Counted from the stretch's first letter, positions 46,263 through 57,264 are shown. The stretch is 64,000 nt of DNA from an uncultured virus (IMG/VR IMGVR_UViG_2778261440_000004) (IMGVR_UViG_2778261440_000004:1-64000); one strand, 5' to 3'. A program made the numbers and translations. The notes: generated by a model from the letters alone, not told the origin.

Positions 46263-47561
46263 ATGCCTAGAGTAGAGAAGGAGAAGTTGAAGAAGGTGTT
46301 CGAGCACAACCGTAAAGTTGCTGCTGGATCAATGGGTAGTATGAAGCCTACAGAAGTTAGAGATATCGTTGAAAAAGATATGGAAGACTTGAGTAGATTA
46401 GTGCATTTGACTAGGTCAGGAAAAGCAGTAGATTCAAAAGGTAATCAAGTACCTGCAGATGATGTTTCATTGTCAGTTGCTGTTAAGAATCGATATGGTT
46501 TTGATAGTGTAAATCAATATCTTAAATCAATCGGCATTTACACGAATGCAATGACTTTGAACCAGGCAGCAAGACAACTAGGACATGATAACTTAACAGA
46601 ATCAAGTCTTGAAAACTTGTTGATTTCCAATTCTAGTATCGCTTTGGCAAGTGATACCTCGGAAGTACCATCAGAATACAGATTTATTATCCCTGAGTTA
46701 TTCATGGAGGCCATTCGTATTGGTTATGAACATTCAAGTTTAAATCAAAACTGGATTGCCAATACCATTCAATTGACTCAAAAGGATGTTAAAATGCCAC
46801 AAATCAAACGTGGTAACATGACACCTAGAAGAATTGGTGAAGCTGAAAGTATCCCATTTGGTTCATTGCAATTTGGCCTTAAATCAGCATCTACTTTCAA
46901 AATAGGTATTGGTTATAAGATAACTGATGAGTTGGTTGCTTCAAGTAGAATTGACATGATGAATCAATCATTAAGAGAACTTGGAAATGATATGTCTATT
47001 GCTGCTGATGTTGAAGCAATCAATATTCTTATCAATGGTGAGCAAGAAGACGGTTCAGAAAGTGCACCAGTGATTGGAGTTGAAAATACAACAAACAACA
47101 TTGCGTATGTTGATTTGATTACTGCCGTTTCTCGTATGAGACGTCTTAAAAAAGAACCGGGTAGATTGATTACCAATGAACAAGATTCCATTGATATAAA
47201 TTTATTGGACGAGTTTAAAGGTTTTGATGGCGTTGCAGTACTCGCATTGATGAACAGCATCACAAAGAAACTTCCGAAATTTGAAAACGATTTGTTTTTA
47301 ATGCCAGAAGATCAAATCATGTTGCTCAATAAGGCAACTGCTATGTCTAAGTTTAAATGGATCGGCATGAAAATGGAAAAACGTAGAAATCCACAAACAC
47401 AAGAAGATGAGATGTTTGTTAGTGATTATCTAGGTTATGGCATTATCAATAGAGATGGAAGATTGATTATCGATGGATCTCTTGCTTATGCATCTAATGG
47501 GTTTCCTGACTACATGGATGTTGATTCCAGAATTAACCAACAATTTAAAACTATCAATTAA
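46263..47561 (+). CDS. Major capsid protein (HK97 fold)
   Basis: FIIPEL, IGEAESIP, KIG..KITDEL, AINILINGE. Confidence 0.85.
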   Translation: MPRVEKEKLKKVFEHNRKVAAGSMGSMKPTEVRDIVEKDMEDLSRLVHLTRSGKAVDSKGNQVPADDVSLSVAVKNRYGFDSVNQYLKSIGIYTNAMTLNQAARQLGHDNLTESSLENLLISNSSIALASDTSEVPSEYRFIIPELFMEAIRIGYEHSSLNQNWIANTIQLTQKDVKMPQIKRGNMTPRRIGEAESIPFGSLQFGLKSASTFKIGIGYKITDELVASSRIDMMNQSLRELGNDMSIAADVEAINILINGEQEDGSESAPVIGVENTTNNIAYVDLITAVSRMRRLKKEPGRLITNEQDSIDINLLDEFKGFDGVAVLALMNSITKKLPKFENDLFLMPEDQIMLLNKATAMSKFKWIGMKMEKRRNPQTQEDEMFVSDYLGYGIINRDGRLIIDGSLAYASNGFPDYMDVDSRINQQFKTIN

Positions 47562-47568
47562 TTGAGTT

Positions 47569-48021
47569 ATGGCTAAAATTTATGTAAAAAACGCGGCTAA
47601 TTCACATATGTATTATGAAGGTGGTGTTAAAGTTGCCGGTAACAATGTGGTTGAAGTTGAAGAAACCGATTTAATTAAAAAAGCTTTAAAAAAAGGTAGA
47701 CTGGACAAAACAGATAAAGCTGATTTTGAAAAGGCTAAAAAAGCTAATGCAGGAAAACCTGTTGATTCAGAAACATCTTCTTCAAATACTATTGTTAAGG
47801 AGGTGGAAGTTGAAAAAGAAGTTGATCTTACTTCATTTATCAAACTTGTCAAAAAAGGACTTGAGTCTGGTACTTTGAAATCTGAAAAAGGTGGGTGGAT
47901 CAAATTAGATGACCTCAACCTTGGTAGAACAGAAGAAGAAGCCGCTAAAAAGGTTTATTCAGATCCTTCATTATTTGAAAAACTAGCAGATTCATTTTCA
48001 CTTGAAAAAAGTGATAGTTAA
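47569..48021 (+). CDS. Post-capsid hypothetical protein
   Basis: Position after the MCP. Confidence 0.6.
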   Translation: MAKIYVKNAANSHMYYEGGVKVAGNNVVEVEETDLIKKALKKGRLDKTDKADFEKAKKANAGKPVDSETSSSNTIVKEVEVEKEVDLTSFIKLVKKGLESGTLKSEKGGWIKLDDLNLGRTEEEAAKKVYSDPSLFEKLADSFSLEKSDS

Positions 48022-48068
48022 TAAAAATTTGTCACCTAATCTCTCTAAAGGTGTCATTTGTGTGTAAT

Positions 48069-48096
48069 AAAAGCCGTTCATTTTGAGCGGCTTTTT
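48069..48096 (+). terminator. Intrinsic terminator
   Basis: AAAAGCCGTTCA/TGAGCGGCTTTTT. Confidence 0.78.
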
Positions 48097-48130
48097 ATAT
48101 TTGGTACAATAACTGATACAAAAACAAACC

Positions 48131-48550
48131 ATGAAAATATATATCCTAATAACGTTAGTATTATCTCTGTTGACAATAACATCCTGCGTATTAACCGGAG
48201 AAAATGATGTTGTGATAAATGAGTTAGAATTGAACCAAGAAGTGAATTTAACTTTAGGAGGTTTTCAAGGGTTGACAAATGTTAGAATTAATTCAGTTTC
48301 CGGAAATAACATTTATATCGATGCTTATACATCTGAAGATTTATCGAAAGAATCTGCAAAAGAGTTGGGAGATTCTGTTATAAGACAATACATCATGAAT
48401 GCTGAACCAGAATCTAAATTAGGTAAGGAGTTTGGTCCTACATCTTACACCTACATTGTTCGCGTATTTGATAATGGTAATGATATCATTGTTAAAGGTG
48501 AGAAAAGAAGATTTAACGATGTTATAGATTGGGACTGCTCTATCTGTTAG
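48131..48550 (+). CDS. Lipoprotein moron
   Basis: Lipobox signal MKIYILITLVLSLLTITSC; own TATATTTG at 48096-48103. Confidence 0.7.
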   Translation: MKIYILITLVLSLLTITSCVLTGENDVVINELELNQEVNLTLGGFQGLTNVRINSVSGNNIYIDAYTSEDLSKESAKELGDSVIRQYIMNAEPESKLGKEFGPTSYTYIVRVFDNGNDIIVKGEKRRFNDVIDWDCSIC

Positions 48551-48587
48551 TTGTGTATATTAAGTGAAACACTCACTTAATATTACA

Positions 48588-49067
48588 ATGGCAACAACAT
48601 TTGATGTAAATAATCTAGTATATTCAACATTACCATTTCTAGTTAATAGTACAGAGACTGATGATCTAATCGAAGTATTTAAGACCAAATCAATAAGTCT
48701 CATTGAGAGTCAACTTGATTTAGATGATCCTTATGATGAATCAAGCTATTCTAATCTTCAGATTTCTTTTATTTCTGAATTAACATCCTATGAACTTGTT
48801 AACCGCAAGATATTAGAAAATACTGGCGGTATTAATGGTGAAACAACTACCGGTGCAAAAGGTGTTAAGAAAGCTAAAGCTGACGTAGTTGAGGTGGAAT
48901 ATGAATTCTTCAAAACAGGTGTTAATTTAACAGAAGAAGCATCTAAGATAGTATCAAGACTATCAAAATCAATTTGCCAAACTGCTACAGTTTTAAATAT
49001 ATCACTTCCTATGTGTTCTACTCAAGATACAACAGGAGGAATATTCATGTTTAATACTTTCAACTAA
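48588..49067 (+). CDS. Head-tail adaptor/connector
   Basis: Position; GVKKAKADVVEVEY motif. Confidence 0.55.
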   Translation: MATTFDVNNLVYSTLPFLVNSTETDDLIEVFKTKSISLIESQLDLDDPYDESSYSNLQISFISELTSYELVNRKILENTGGINGETTTGAKGVKKAKADVVEVEYEFFKTGVNLTEEASKIVSRLSKSICQTATVLNISLPMCSTQDTTGGIFMFNTFN

Positions 49068-49510
49068 TGGCTGAATTATTCGGTGATAGTGTATTCAATG
49101 ACATACTTAGTAGTGTTGGAGATGTTATGGATTCTTTTGCTAAAAGAGATGTACATATAGAGTATTCAACTGTTGCGCAATTCTCAAGGGATGGTAGGGA
49201 TAATACTAACGATTTAAACGTGACCTTGCCAGCAGTTATTAAGTGGGAAAATAGCTCTGATACCGGTAAATCAAAGATTGACAAGAAAGGTAAGATTGAC
49301 GATTATGATGGTTATTGCCTTATTGATTATGCCAAGTTTAAAGATAATGGTTTAGTTGAAGATGGTGCAAAATTCATCATTGATGAGGGTAACTCAAAAA
49401 TAACTGTAGATAGTAGGATTTGTCAAATACTATCTATTATTCCTGTTGGGCACACTGGAGATACATACGCGTTGATTAAAATTTATTTTCAAAAGTTAAT
49501 CGATGCTTAG
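49067..49510 (+). CDS. Head closure/neck protein
   Basis: Position in the neck cluster. Confidence 0.5.
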   Translation: MAELFGDSVFNDILSSVGDVMDSFAKRDVHIEYSTVAQFSRDGRDNTNDLNVTLPAVIKWENSSDTGKSKIDKKGKIDDYDGYCLIDYAKFKDNGLVEDGAKFIIDEGNSKITVDSRICQILSIIPVGHTGDTYALIKIYFQKLIDA

Positions 49511-50000
49511 TGTTGGTAAAAGTGGAGATTGGGCCAAAGCAAAGCTTTTAAGTACTACACTTAAAAGCACAATGAAATTAAGTGCGGATCCGGGTTTTTC
49601 TTCTCTGGCATTGAAAGGGGAATCACTGATGAAAAGGTATATACGTAAACAACCTACTTCATGGCCAGCTTTAAGTACAAAATATAAACAGGGTAAATTG
49701 AGGCAAGGTAAGTCTGATAAGATGTTAATCAGAACCTCATCAATGTTGCTTTCCATTAAAGGATTTTCAGCCAATAGTAATGCTTACATAGGTGTTAAAA
49801 GAAATGCAGAGAATGATGAAGGAGAAAAGTTAGCGAACATCGCTGCAATTATGGAAAAAGGGTCAAAGGTTAGAAACATACCTGCAAGACCTTTTATAGA
49901 GCCAGTTTACAAGCACTTAATAAGAAGAATAGAAAAAGATGGGTTATTCCATAAATATCTTAAGATGGAAATGGAGCGTAAATACGGGATAAAGCTATGA
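49503..50000 (+). CDS. Virion morphogenesis / tail completion protein
   Basis: WPALS..Y, LIRT, IMEKG...IPARPF. Confidence 0.7.
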   Translation: MLSVGKSGDWAKAKLLSTTLKSTMKLSADPGFSSLALKGESLMKRYIRKQPTSWPALSTKYKQGKLRQGKSDKMLIRTSSMLLSIKGFSANSNAYIGVKRNAENDEGEKLANIAAIMEKGSKVRNIPARPFIEPVYKHLIRRIEKDGLFHKYLKMEMERKYGIKL

Positions 50001-50659
50001 GAGTTTCAGTTAAACAGGTAATTGATGGGTTATATGAGACAATTAGGTTGAAGTTGGTTGAATTAGGTAGATTGCCAGATGTTAAATCATACCTTCCTTC
50101 AAATCCTGTTGGCTACAAAACAGAATTGGACACATTACGTGAAAATGGTGAATTAATTTACATAGTGAATGATTCTCATCACACTGAAAGAGGTAAGGTA
50201 AAACAGAATACAATTTTTATTTCCTATAAAGATTTAGAATCTGCAGATAATGGACGTCTATCTGATTACCTATTTACTAAAATAGAAGATTCTAGTGAGG
50301 ATTATCACTACGAGAAATACAAGACACCAAATGGAGTTTATGATGTGTTAATAGATGTTAGATTTGAGACATACAGTACAACTATAAGTTACTTCATAGA
50401 TGAATTATTAATTGATTTGTTTAAATCTCAAATTGTTAAACCTTACGATATGGATAGTGATGTGTATTTAGAACAACATCTTGAATGCATTAGAGAAAAC
50501 CCATACAACGTAAGTGATGTTAGCTTCATTGAAAAAGGTTCTCAGTATAGGGTAAAAGATGTTGACATCATTGGAAATGTTCTAATAAGAGATGATGTTG
50601 CTGTTACTTCTGATTTCAAATTATCAACAGATCCTCAAGTAGATTCAATAGAAGATTAG
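49997..50659 (+). CDS. Tail terminator-like protein
   Basis: Position before the sheath. Confidence 0.5.
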   Translation: MRVSVKQVIDGLYETIRLKLVELGRLPDVKSYLPSNPVGYKTELDTLRENGELIYIVNDSHHTERGKVKQNTIFISYKDLESADNGRLSDYLFTKIEDSSEDYHYEKYKTPNGVYDVLIDVRFETYSTTISYFIDELLIDLFKSQIVKPYDMDSDVYLEQHLECIRENPYNVSDVSFIEKGSQYRVKDVDIIGNVLIRDDVAVTSDFKLSTDPQVDSIED

Positions 50660-50701
50660 GTAAATTATTGTCACGGTATTAATAAAAATCAAAAGTAAAC
50701 C

Positions 50702-52630
50702 ATGGCAAAACAAAATCTTGCAGGTGCACCAGGTACTTACATGCAGATTGTAGACCTGTCTCAAATACAAGCAAACATTCTTAAGGGTATTATTTGTACT
50801 CAAGGAATTACAAGCCGAGGCGAACCCGGCAAGAACTACTTAATAGGTTCATGGGCTGAATACAAAGCAGAGCTTGGAGGGTATGTTGAAGGTGATGACT
50901 TCGCTAAATATGCTAAAAGAGCAATTCAAGGAGGAGCAACATTAAGAATTACACCAGTTTATCATTTTGATGACATTGATGATATCACCTCTATAGAAGG
51001 AGTTAAGGCTACTGGAAAAGTACTAACAACAGCTGAGGTATTAGCAACCACACCAGGAGAAATAACAGCTATGGGTACAGCTGGAGATTCTGTAACATTG
51101 AGTGTTGATTTAAATGATGGTAATGGAGCTATACAAATTGGAACGTACACTAAGTTGTCAGGAGATTCTGAGTCAGTAACAGCTGCTGCATTAATCCAAA
51201 ATGTTAATGACAATACAGCAACTCATGGTTTTACCGGTAGTGTGAATTCTGCTGAGTTTACAATTACAGCTCCTTCTGGTACCGGTTCATCAGGTAACAC
51301 TTACGATGCATCAATAGTAGTTACGGGTACATTAACAGCAACAGTAGTGCAAGATTTCACAGGAGGAATTGATGAAGAGTCTATTGAATTTGAAGCAGTT
51401 GTTCCATCTGAGGGTTATAATGGGACTACAATTGTTGTCAGTGATGCTAAAAGTGGTGATTCATCAAAATGTGATTTGAAAATCTCTTTGTATGAAAGCC
51501 CTATTTCTCAAGAAATTTTGAGTGTGAATAGAACGCTTACAGCTCAAAATGTAACTGACCTTAACAATAAGTTGAATCAATTAAAAATCACTACTGCTCA
51601 AGGTGGACCATTAACAAATGGAACATATTCTATGTCAGGTGGATCTAGAACTATTAGTAATGTAACTGATGTTGACTGGAAAGGATCTGATATTACAAAA
51701 ACAGGGTGGCATGCATTTGATGATGTTGAAGATTCAATGAGAATTGTTCTTTTCCTAGATAATAATGCGAATAGAGAAGCAGATTTAGGAATCTACCTCA
51801 CTAATAGAGGAGATATGGTAGCACATGTACCGGTTCCGTTAAATCTTAGCATTTCAGAAATAAATGATTATCGCGATGGTACTGGAGCTTATGCGCATTC
51901 TCCTTTGAACAATGAGTTTGTTAGGATGGTGGTGTCTGATATGGATATTTCTGATGATGAAGACACCGATATCAGACGAATAATGTATGGTACTGCTGAC
52001 ATTGCTGCAATTCAATCCAAAAAGGATAATGACTTTGGAGAATGGTTTTCTGGCGCAGGTTATTCTAGAGGTTTAATTCCAAACAAAAATAATGGGGTTA
52101 GAATTAATCTAGCAGGTAAAGGTAATAAGACACAGTTTGATCAAATATATGAGAAAGGAGTTAATGCTATTGTTGTGAATAGCAAACAAACTATGTATTG
52201 GGGCAACAGAACTACACTATTAGATAAAACATCTCTTCTTTCAAAAGAGAATGTTGTTGACTTATGTGTATTTATTGTAAGGGTAATTGAAAGTATTGCT
52301 AAGAAGATGGCTTTTGAACCAAATGACCCTATTATGTGGAATCAATTATACAGAGAAGTAAGGCCATTCATTACAGATACATTATGTGCCAATAGAGCGA
52401 TTCATTCTAATGACTCTCAATCTAAAGGTGAAAATGAACTTTGGTTTTGGGAAGGAGATCAATTTGCAAAAGACGTAAATGATATTTCTTACAATGTTAA
52501 GTCAGAAATTAATGCAGGTAAATACAGAGCTAGATTTGTATTTATTCCAATTGTAGCTACAGAGTATATAGGGATAGAAGTCTCTCCTACTGATTCTGGA
52601 ACTATGGCAACAATTATTCAAAATCCATAA
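50702..52630 (+). CDS. Contractile tail sheath protein
   Basis: PGTY N-terminus, GVNAI, WGNRT, FEPNDPIMW. Confidence 0.92.
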   Translation: MAKQNLAGAPGTYMQIVDLSQIQANILKGIICTQGITSRGEPGKNYLIGSWAEYKAELGGYVEGDDFAKYAKRAIQGGATLRITPVYHFDDIDDITSIEGVKATGKVLTTAEVLATTPGEITAMGTAGDSVTLSVDLNDGNGAIQIGTYTKLSGDSESVTAAALIQNVNDNTATHGFTGSVNSAEFTITAPSGTGSSGNTYDASIVVTGTLTATVVQDFTGGIDEESIEFEAVVPSEGYNGTTIVVSDAKSGDSSKCDLKISLYESPISQEILSVNRTLTAQNVTDLNNKLNQLKITTAQGGPLTNGTYSMSGGSRTISNVTDVDWKGSDITKTGWHAFDDVEDSMRIVLFLDNNANREADLGIYLTNRGDMVAHVPVPLNLSISEINDYRDGTGAYAHSPLNNEFVRMVVSDMDISDDEDTDIRRIMYGTADIAAIQSKKDNDFGEWFSGAGYSRGLIPNKNNGVRINLAGKGNKTQFDQIYEKGVNAIVVNSKQTMYWGNRTTLLDKTSLLSKENVVDLCVFIVRVIESIAKKMAFEPNDPIMWNQLYREVRPFITDTLCANRAIHSNDSQSKGENELWFWEGDQFAKDVNDISYNVKSEINAGKYRARFVFIPIVATEYIGIEVSPTDSGTMATIIQNP

Positions 52631-52644
52631 ATTTTTAGTTAGTC

Positions 52645-53082
52645 ATGAGTGTTTTAACAAATTATAGATTCGGAATTGAAATTGCTGGTGTAATTCAAGC
52701 ATATTGTCAAACAGTTCAACCGCCAGTTGTTGAACATAAAGAATTGCAATATGGAACTCCTGGAAATAGTACTAATACGAAAGTGCCTGGTGGTAAAACT
52801 GTTGGCGATCTTGTATTGACATCAGTAGTGCCAGAAACTGGGAGTGATCCACTTATCTGGACAATGTTTGAAGCTGGTATAGCAGGTTTAAGACCGGTGT
52901 ATATTTCTAGTGGGTTTTTGATTCAATACAATTCACAAATGATTGAAACGGAGAGATATTTATGTGAAGACATATGGATTAAAAAGCTTGAGACAAGTGA
53001 GTTTAATTCAAATAAAGAGAATTCAGAAAAGACAATCAGGACTATGACATGGTCTGTAGGTGATTATTACCGAGTTGTTTAA
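52645..53082 (+). CDS. Tail tube protein (T4 gp19-like)
   Basis: YRFGIEIAG, KVPGG...GDLVL; follows the sheath. Confidence 0.85.
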   Translation: MSVLTNYRFGIEIAGVIQAYCQTVQPPVVEHKELQYGTPGNSTNTKVPGGKTVGDLVLTSVVPETGSDPLIWTMFEAGIAGLRPVYISSGFLIQYNSQMIETERYLCEDIWIKKLETSEFNSNKENSEKTIRTMTWSVGDYYRVV

Positions 53083-53189
53083 AATTTTTCTTGATAGCTT
53101 AGGTCGAATTAGTAGTGTGAGAGGCCCTGTCCGTAAATGGATGTGGCTTTTCTGTAATTTATAGTTAATCACACTTAAAAATAATAAAC

Positions 53190-54113
53190 ATGAGCAACTT
53201 TAATGCATTCAAGAAATTAGCAAGAACAGCGTCATTTATACTTCCAAGTGGTATTGAAGCTGAGATAAAAGAGCCGATGGGCTCACACCAATCTTTGATT
53301 ACAAAGTCAGATTCTAATAAGAAGAAAAAGGGTATTATGAAAATGCTTCAAGATTCTATTGTTAGGATTGGGGACAAAACGCACATTGACAATGTATTCT
53401 TTAAGAAGCTTTTATCAGAAGATGTAAACTTCTTGTTATTTAGGTTAGGATTACTTTCAAATCCTGATAAAGTTGAAGAAGGCGAAGTAGAGACACTTCG
53501 TTTCAATTACGAATTCCCTGTAAAGGGCGGACGTAAAGTTGTAGAACAAGTTGAAATTGAAATTGACGATGAGAATTTTCCAATTCAACCTTACTCATGG
53601 GTTAAGCCATTGATGATAGCTCAATGGAAAGAGGATAATGAAGTTGATGAATCAATTAAGTTATCTGAAGATCAAGAACTAGAAGTCTTTAAAAATGGGT
53701 TTATTCCAGTGTATGATTCCTATGAAGAAATGCTAGAAGATCAATATGAGAGGGTATATACTATCTCTGGTGATGATATTGAAAACATTGATGTTGACTG
53801 GAAATTGTTAAACATGAAGACTCAAGAAGAAAACGGAAGATTATTGGAGTCAGATGATGTAAACATTAACACCATTTTGAAAATGAGGAAGCCAACTTAT
53901 TTAATGGAAACAGAAGGTGGACCAACAAGAACATCATTGCCGATAGATTCAATTCCAAGTCATATTGTAGAAGGTCTTCGGAAAGATATTCTTAAAACAG
54001 AAGCAAATATCAATACAACTTTTGTTGTAGGTAGTAAATCAGATCCTTCACTTCAACAACAGTTGAATCTGATTAGTACACCGGCTTTTTTCTTCCGCAG
54101 TTTGGGGATATAG
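53190..54113 (+). CDS. Tail assembly chaperone
   Basis: Between tube and tape measure; ends in AFFF at a slippery site. Confidence 0.72.
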   Translation: MSNFNAFKKLARTASFILPSGIEAEIKEPMGSHQSLITKSDSNKKKKGIMKMLQDSIVRIGDKTHIDNVFFKKLLSEDVNFLLFRLGLLSNPDKVEEGEVETLRFNYEFPVKGGRKVVEQVEIEIDDENFPIQPYSWVKPLMIAQWKEDNEVDESIKLSEDQELEVFKNGFIPVYDSYEEMLEDQYERVYTISGDDIENIDVDWKLLNMKTQEENGRLLESDDVNINTILKMRKPTYLMETEGGPTRTSLPIDSIPSHIVEGLRKDILKTEANINTTFVVGSKSDPSLQQQLNLISTPAFFFRSLGI

Positions 54114-54268
54114 AAGATGTCTTTTTCAATTTGAATTACTCCGGATTAGGTATTTCACTAGACGAAGTTTTGGAGCTTCCATATTCTGTTATTCTGCATC
54201 ACATTAACAGAATGACAGAGCAAAAAGAGAGGGAGAACAATGAGATGAGAAAGAATACAGGAAGATAG
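54086..54268 (+). CDS. -1 frameshift extension of the tail chaperone (gpGT / gpE+E'-like)
   Basis: T TTT TTC heptamer at 54086-54092; -1 frame open to TAG 54266-54268, next to the tape measure ATG. Confidence 0.72.
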   Translation, partial: FFLPQFGDIEDVFFNLNYSGLGISLDEVLELPYSVILHHINRMTEQKERENNEMRKNTGR

Positions 54269-56791
54269 ATGGTTTTTGGAGGTGGAAATATAGGGGGGTC
54301 AACCTTAATTGGTGCTGGAATTGTATTCACATTGAAAGACATGTTTTCCCGGACTGCGGATAATATAATGCGCAAATTCGGAAATCTAGAAGGTGTAACT
54401 GATAGAATGGTTACACGAGTGGAACGAAATGCAAAACGTCTTAAAGCAGGATTAACTGCTATGGCTTTAGGAGGGGCATTGTTAATGCCCTTTAGCAAAG
54501 CCACTCAGACATCTATGGAATTTAATTCTGTAATGTCTGAAGTAATTTCCAAAACACATGAAGGTGCCAAATATGCTGATCAACTTAAGAATAAGGCAAT
54601 AGAGTTAGGTAAGGCTACTAAGTTTTCAGCAATGGAAGCTGGACAAGGTATGACCTATCTAGCAATGGCAGGTTTTGATGCAGAAGAACAGATGCAAGCT
54701 ATGCCAGGTTTATTGAGTTTAGCAGCTGCAGGAAATACTGATCTAGCCTTATCTGCTGACATTGTATCAGACACTTTAACTGCAATGGGGTTGAAGGCAA
54801 AAGATACAGGGGATATTGCAGATATCATGGCTTTAGGAGCCAATAGAGCAAACACATCCATTTCATTAATGGGTGAAACATTTAAATACGCTACTGCTAC
54901 AGCAAATCAACTTGGAGTTAGTATGTCTGAACTAACTGCAATGACAGGCATGTTAGGTGACATTGGTTTAAAGGGTTCTATGGCTGGAACCGCAATTAAT
55001 CAAATGTTATTGGGCTTAACTCAAATAGGTGGTTCAGAAAAGGCACAAAAAGCTCTTGGTAAATTAGGGTTAACAATGTCTGATTTAACCGATTCTAATG
55101 GTAATTTAAAGCGTGTAACAGATATCATTCCACTACTTGCAAATAGACTAAAAGGTATAGAGGGCAATGTCACTCAAACTAATATCATGCAAGATATTTT
55201 TGGTATTAGAGGAGCTAAAGGCTTTGCAGCGTTTACAAAAGAAGGGGCTAAAGATTTCAACGCATTTGTAGAAGAATTGAGAAATAGCTCTGGTTCAGCA
55301 AATCGTATTGCAGAAGAGATGCTTGATAATTTAGCTGGAGATGTTACAATATTCAAATCTACTTTAGAATCTACAATGATTACTATAGGTAGTAAACTTG
55401 AACCTATACTACGGCCAGTTGTGAAAATGTTTACAGGTCTGGTTGATTTAGTTGGTAGATTCATTGAAACTCCAATTGGCAGATTTGTAATGTACCTAGT
55501 TGTTGCATTTGGAGCTTTGTTATTAGTTGGCGGAGCTTTGATTTCAGTAGTTGCAGTGTTGGGGATGTTATCTGCTCAAGCTGCTATCGGTTTTGGTGCA
55601 ATGGGAATGGCTGAAGTTTCAGCAGCTTTTGCGACCGGAGGTTTAACGGCTGGAATGTCTGCGCTTGGTGTTGCAATTTGGACAGCATTAGCTCCATTGT
55701 TGCCTTTTATTGCAGCTATAGTAGGTGTGATAGCTGTTGTGGGAGGTGCTGTTGTTGCAGCCAAGAAAGCAAATAATGAATTCCAGAAAGTACTTGAAGA
55801 TAATACCAAAGCTGAAAAAGGATTTAAAGGATTTGTTCAACGTGTTGGAGGAGTATTTGAGGGTATAAAACATATTTGGAGAAGTGCAACAGAAGAAGGA
55901 TTTACATTAAGTGACAAAATGCATAGTGCATTAGAAAGTCTTGGTATACTTGATTTTGTTGTAAACCTTGGAACATGGATTGTAAGGATAAAGAACTTTT
56001 TCAGAGGAATCAAAGAGACATTCACAGATGCTTGGGATATGGTGAAAATGTTTGCTAAACAAGCATGGTCTTATTTAAAACCTTTGATAAATAATGTGTT
56101 TGACAAGCTTGGATTCTCATTAGATAAAGCAACTTCCAAAATGGAATATTGGAAGAAAGCAGGTAAAGCAGTTGGTGTTGCCTTGTTGATTTTCTTAGCT
56201 CCTGTGTTTTTGACATTGCTATCTATAGCTATTACATTAACAATTACAATAGGATCTGTTGTTTTAGCGATGTATCTAATATACAAAGCAGCAATGTTTG
56301 TTTGGTCTGGGTTTAAATTTATGTTTAAAAACATCGCTATTGGGTTTCAGCTCGTTTGGGACATTATTAAATCTTTTTATCAATTCTTCGTTGATATTTG
56401 GAACGGTGAAGGAGTTAAAGAAGCAGGCAGTAACCTTGTAAATAATCTATTGAATGGAATCAAAGGAGCTTGGGGTAAGCTTAAATCAAATTTGATACAA
56501 TTGGTTTCAGAACTTCCTTTTGGTGATAAAATACTCGGTTCATTAGGTGTTGAAACTGATAATGAGTTGTCTAATGTTACCAAAACAACAGATCCTGAAG
56601 GTGGTCCAATTGAAAAATTGAAGAATGCTACTACAGAGAACAATAATTTAAGATCGGAAAAAACTCAACCGCAATTTATTGACCGTACGATAACTAAAGA
56701 AAGGTTAGTTAATCAAACTATCTTACTTGATGGAGATCGTATCGCTAAAAAAGTAACAGAGAAGATTCAAGAAGAAGTAACTAGAGGATAA
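54269..56791 (+). CDS. Tape measure protein (TP901-type core)
   Basis: ATKFSAMEAGQGMTYLAMAGF, ANRANTS, GLKGSMAGT, MLDNLAGD. Confidence 0.93.
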   Translation: MVFGGGNIGGSTLIGAGIVFTLKDMFSRTADNIMRKFGNLEGVTDRMVTRVERNAKRLKAGLTAMALGGALLMPFSKATQTSMEFNSVMSEVISKTHEGAKYADQLKNKAIELGKATKFSAMEAGQGMTYLAMAGFDAEEQMQAMPGLLSLAAAGNTDLALSADIVSDTLTAMGLKAKDTGDIADIMALGANRANTSISLMGETFKYATATANQLGVSMSELTAMTGMLGDIGLKGSMAGTAINQMLLGLTQIGGSEKAQKALGKLGLTMSDLTDSNGNLKRVTDIIPLLANRLKGIEGNVTQTNIMQDIFGIRGAKGFAAFTKEGAKDFNAFVEELRNSSGSANRIAEEMLDNLAGDVTIFKSTLESTMITIGSKLEPILRPVVKMFTGLVDLVGRFIETPIGRFVMYLVVAFGALLLVGGALISVVAVLGMLSAQAAIGFGAMGMAEVSAAFATGGLTAGMSALGVAIWTALAPLLPFIAAIVGVIAVVGGAVVAAKKANNEFQKVLEDNTKAEKGFKGFVQRVGGVFEGIKHIWRSATEEGFTLSDKMHSALESLGILDFVVNLGTWIVRIKNFFRGIKETFTDAWDMVKMFAKQAWSYLKPLINNVFDKLGFSLDKATSKMEYWKKAGKAVGVALLIFLAPVFLTLLSIAITLTITIGSVVLAMYLIYKAAMFVWSGFKFMFKNIAIGFQLVWDIIKSFYQFFVDIWNGEGVKEAGSNLVNNLLNGIKGAWGKLKSNLIQLVSELPFGDKILGSLGVETDNELSNVTKTTDPEGGPIEKLKNATTENNNLRSEKTQPQFIDRTITKERLVNQTILLDGDRIAKKVTEKIQEEVTRG

Positions 56792-57264
56792 TGGGGTTTA
56801 ACACTACAAATAATGAACTGATATTAGTTGAATTAACGGAACCATTCGAAAGATTGTTCATTCAATTTGTACCCCATAAGATTGAACCTCATCGAACTGC
56901 AAATTATGCATCTATTGCTCCTGTAGGGAGAAACAATGCTCTTATGCATTATACAGGAGGGGCTGATACCTTACCATTATCGCTTGACTTTTATTCTGAT
57001 GATGAAAAGCGACAAGATGTAATCAAGAGTGTCAAATGGCTACAGTCTTTAGCTATGAATAATGGCTACTTGAGTCCAGCACCTAAGGTTAAATTAATCA
57101 TGGGTGATTTATTTGAATATGAAGTTTGGAGAGTAACTTCAGTTAAAGCATCAATGGAAGCTTTTGATCAAGGTAATGGATGGCTTCCAATGAGAGCATC
57201 GGTACAACTACAGTTACAATTAGTAACAGATTTCAATTTAGAATTTGAAGATGTTAGAAGATGA
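56791..57264 (+). CDS. Tube initiator / GpU-like protein
   Basis: QFVP, GRN....YTGG, LPMRA; position. Confidence 0.7.
   Translation: MGFNTTNNELILVELTEPFERLFIQFVPHKIEPHRTANYASIAPVGRNNALMHYTGGADTLPLSLDFYSDDEKRQDVIKSVKWLQSLAMNNGYLSPAPKVKLIMGDLFEYEVWRVTSVKASMEAFDQGNGWLPMRASVQLQLQLVTDFNLEFEDVRR

Noticed and set aside
53122..53151. Terminator after the tail tube gene
   Set aside because: Stem is imperfect; plausible but not well supported
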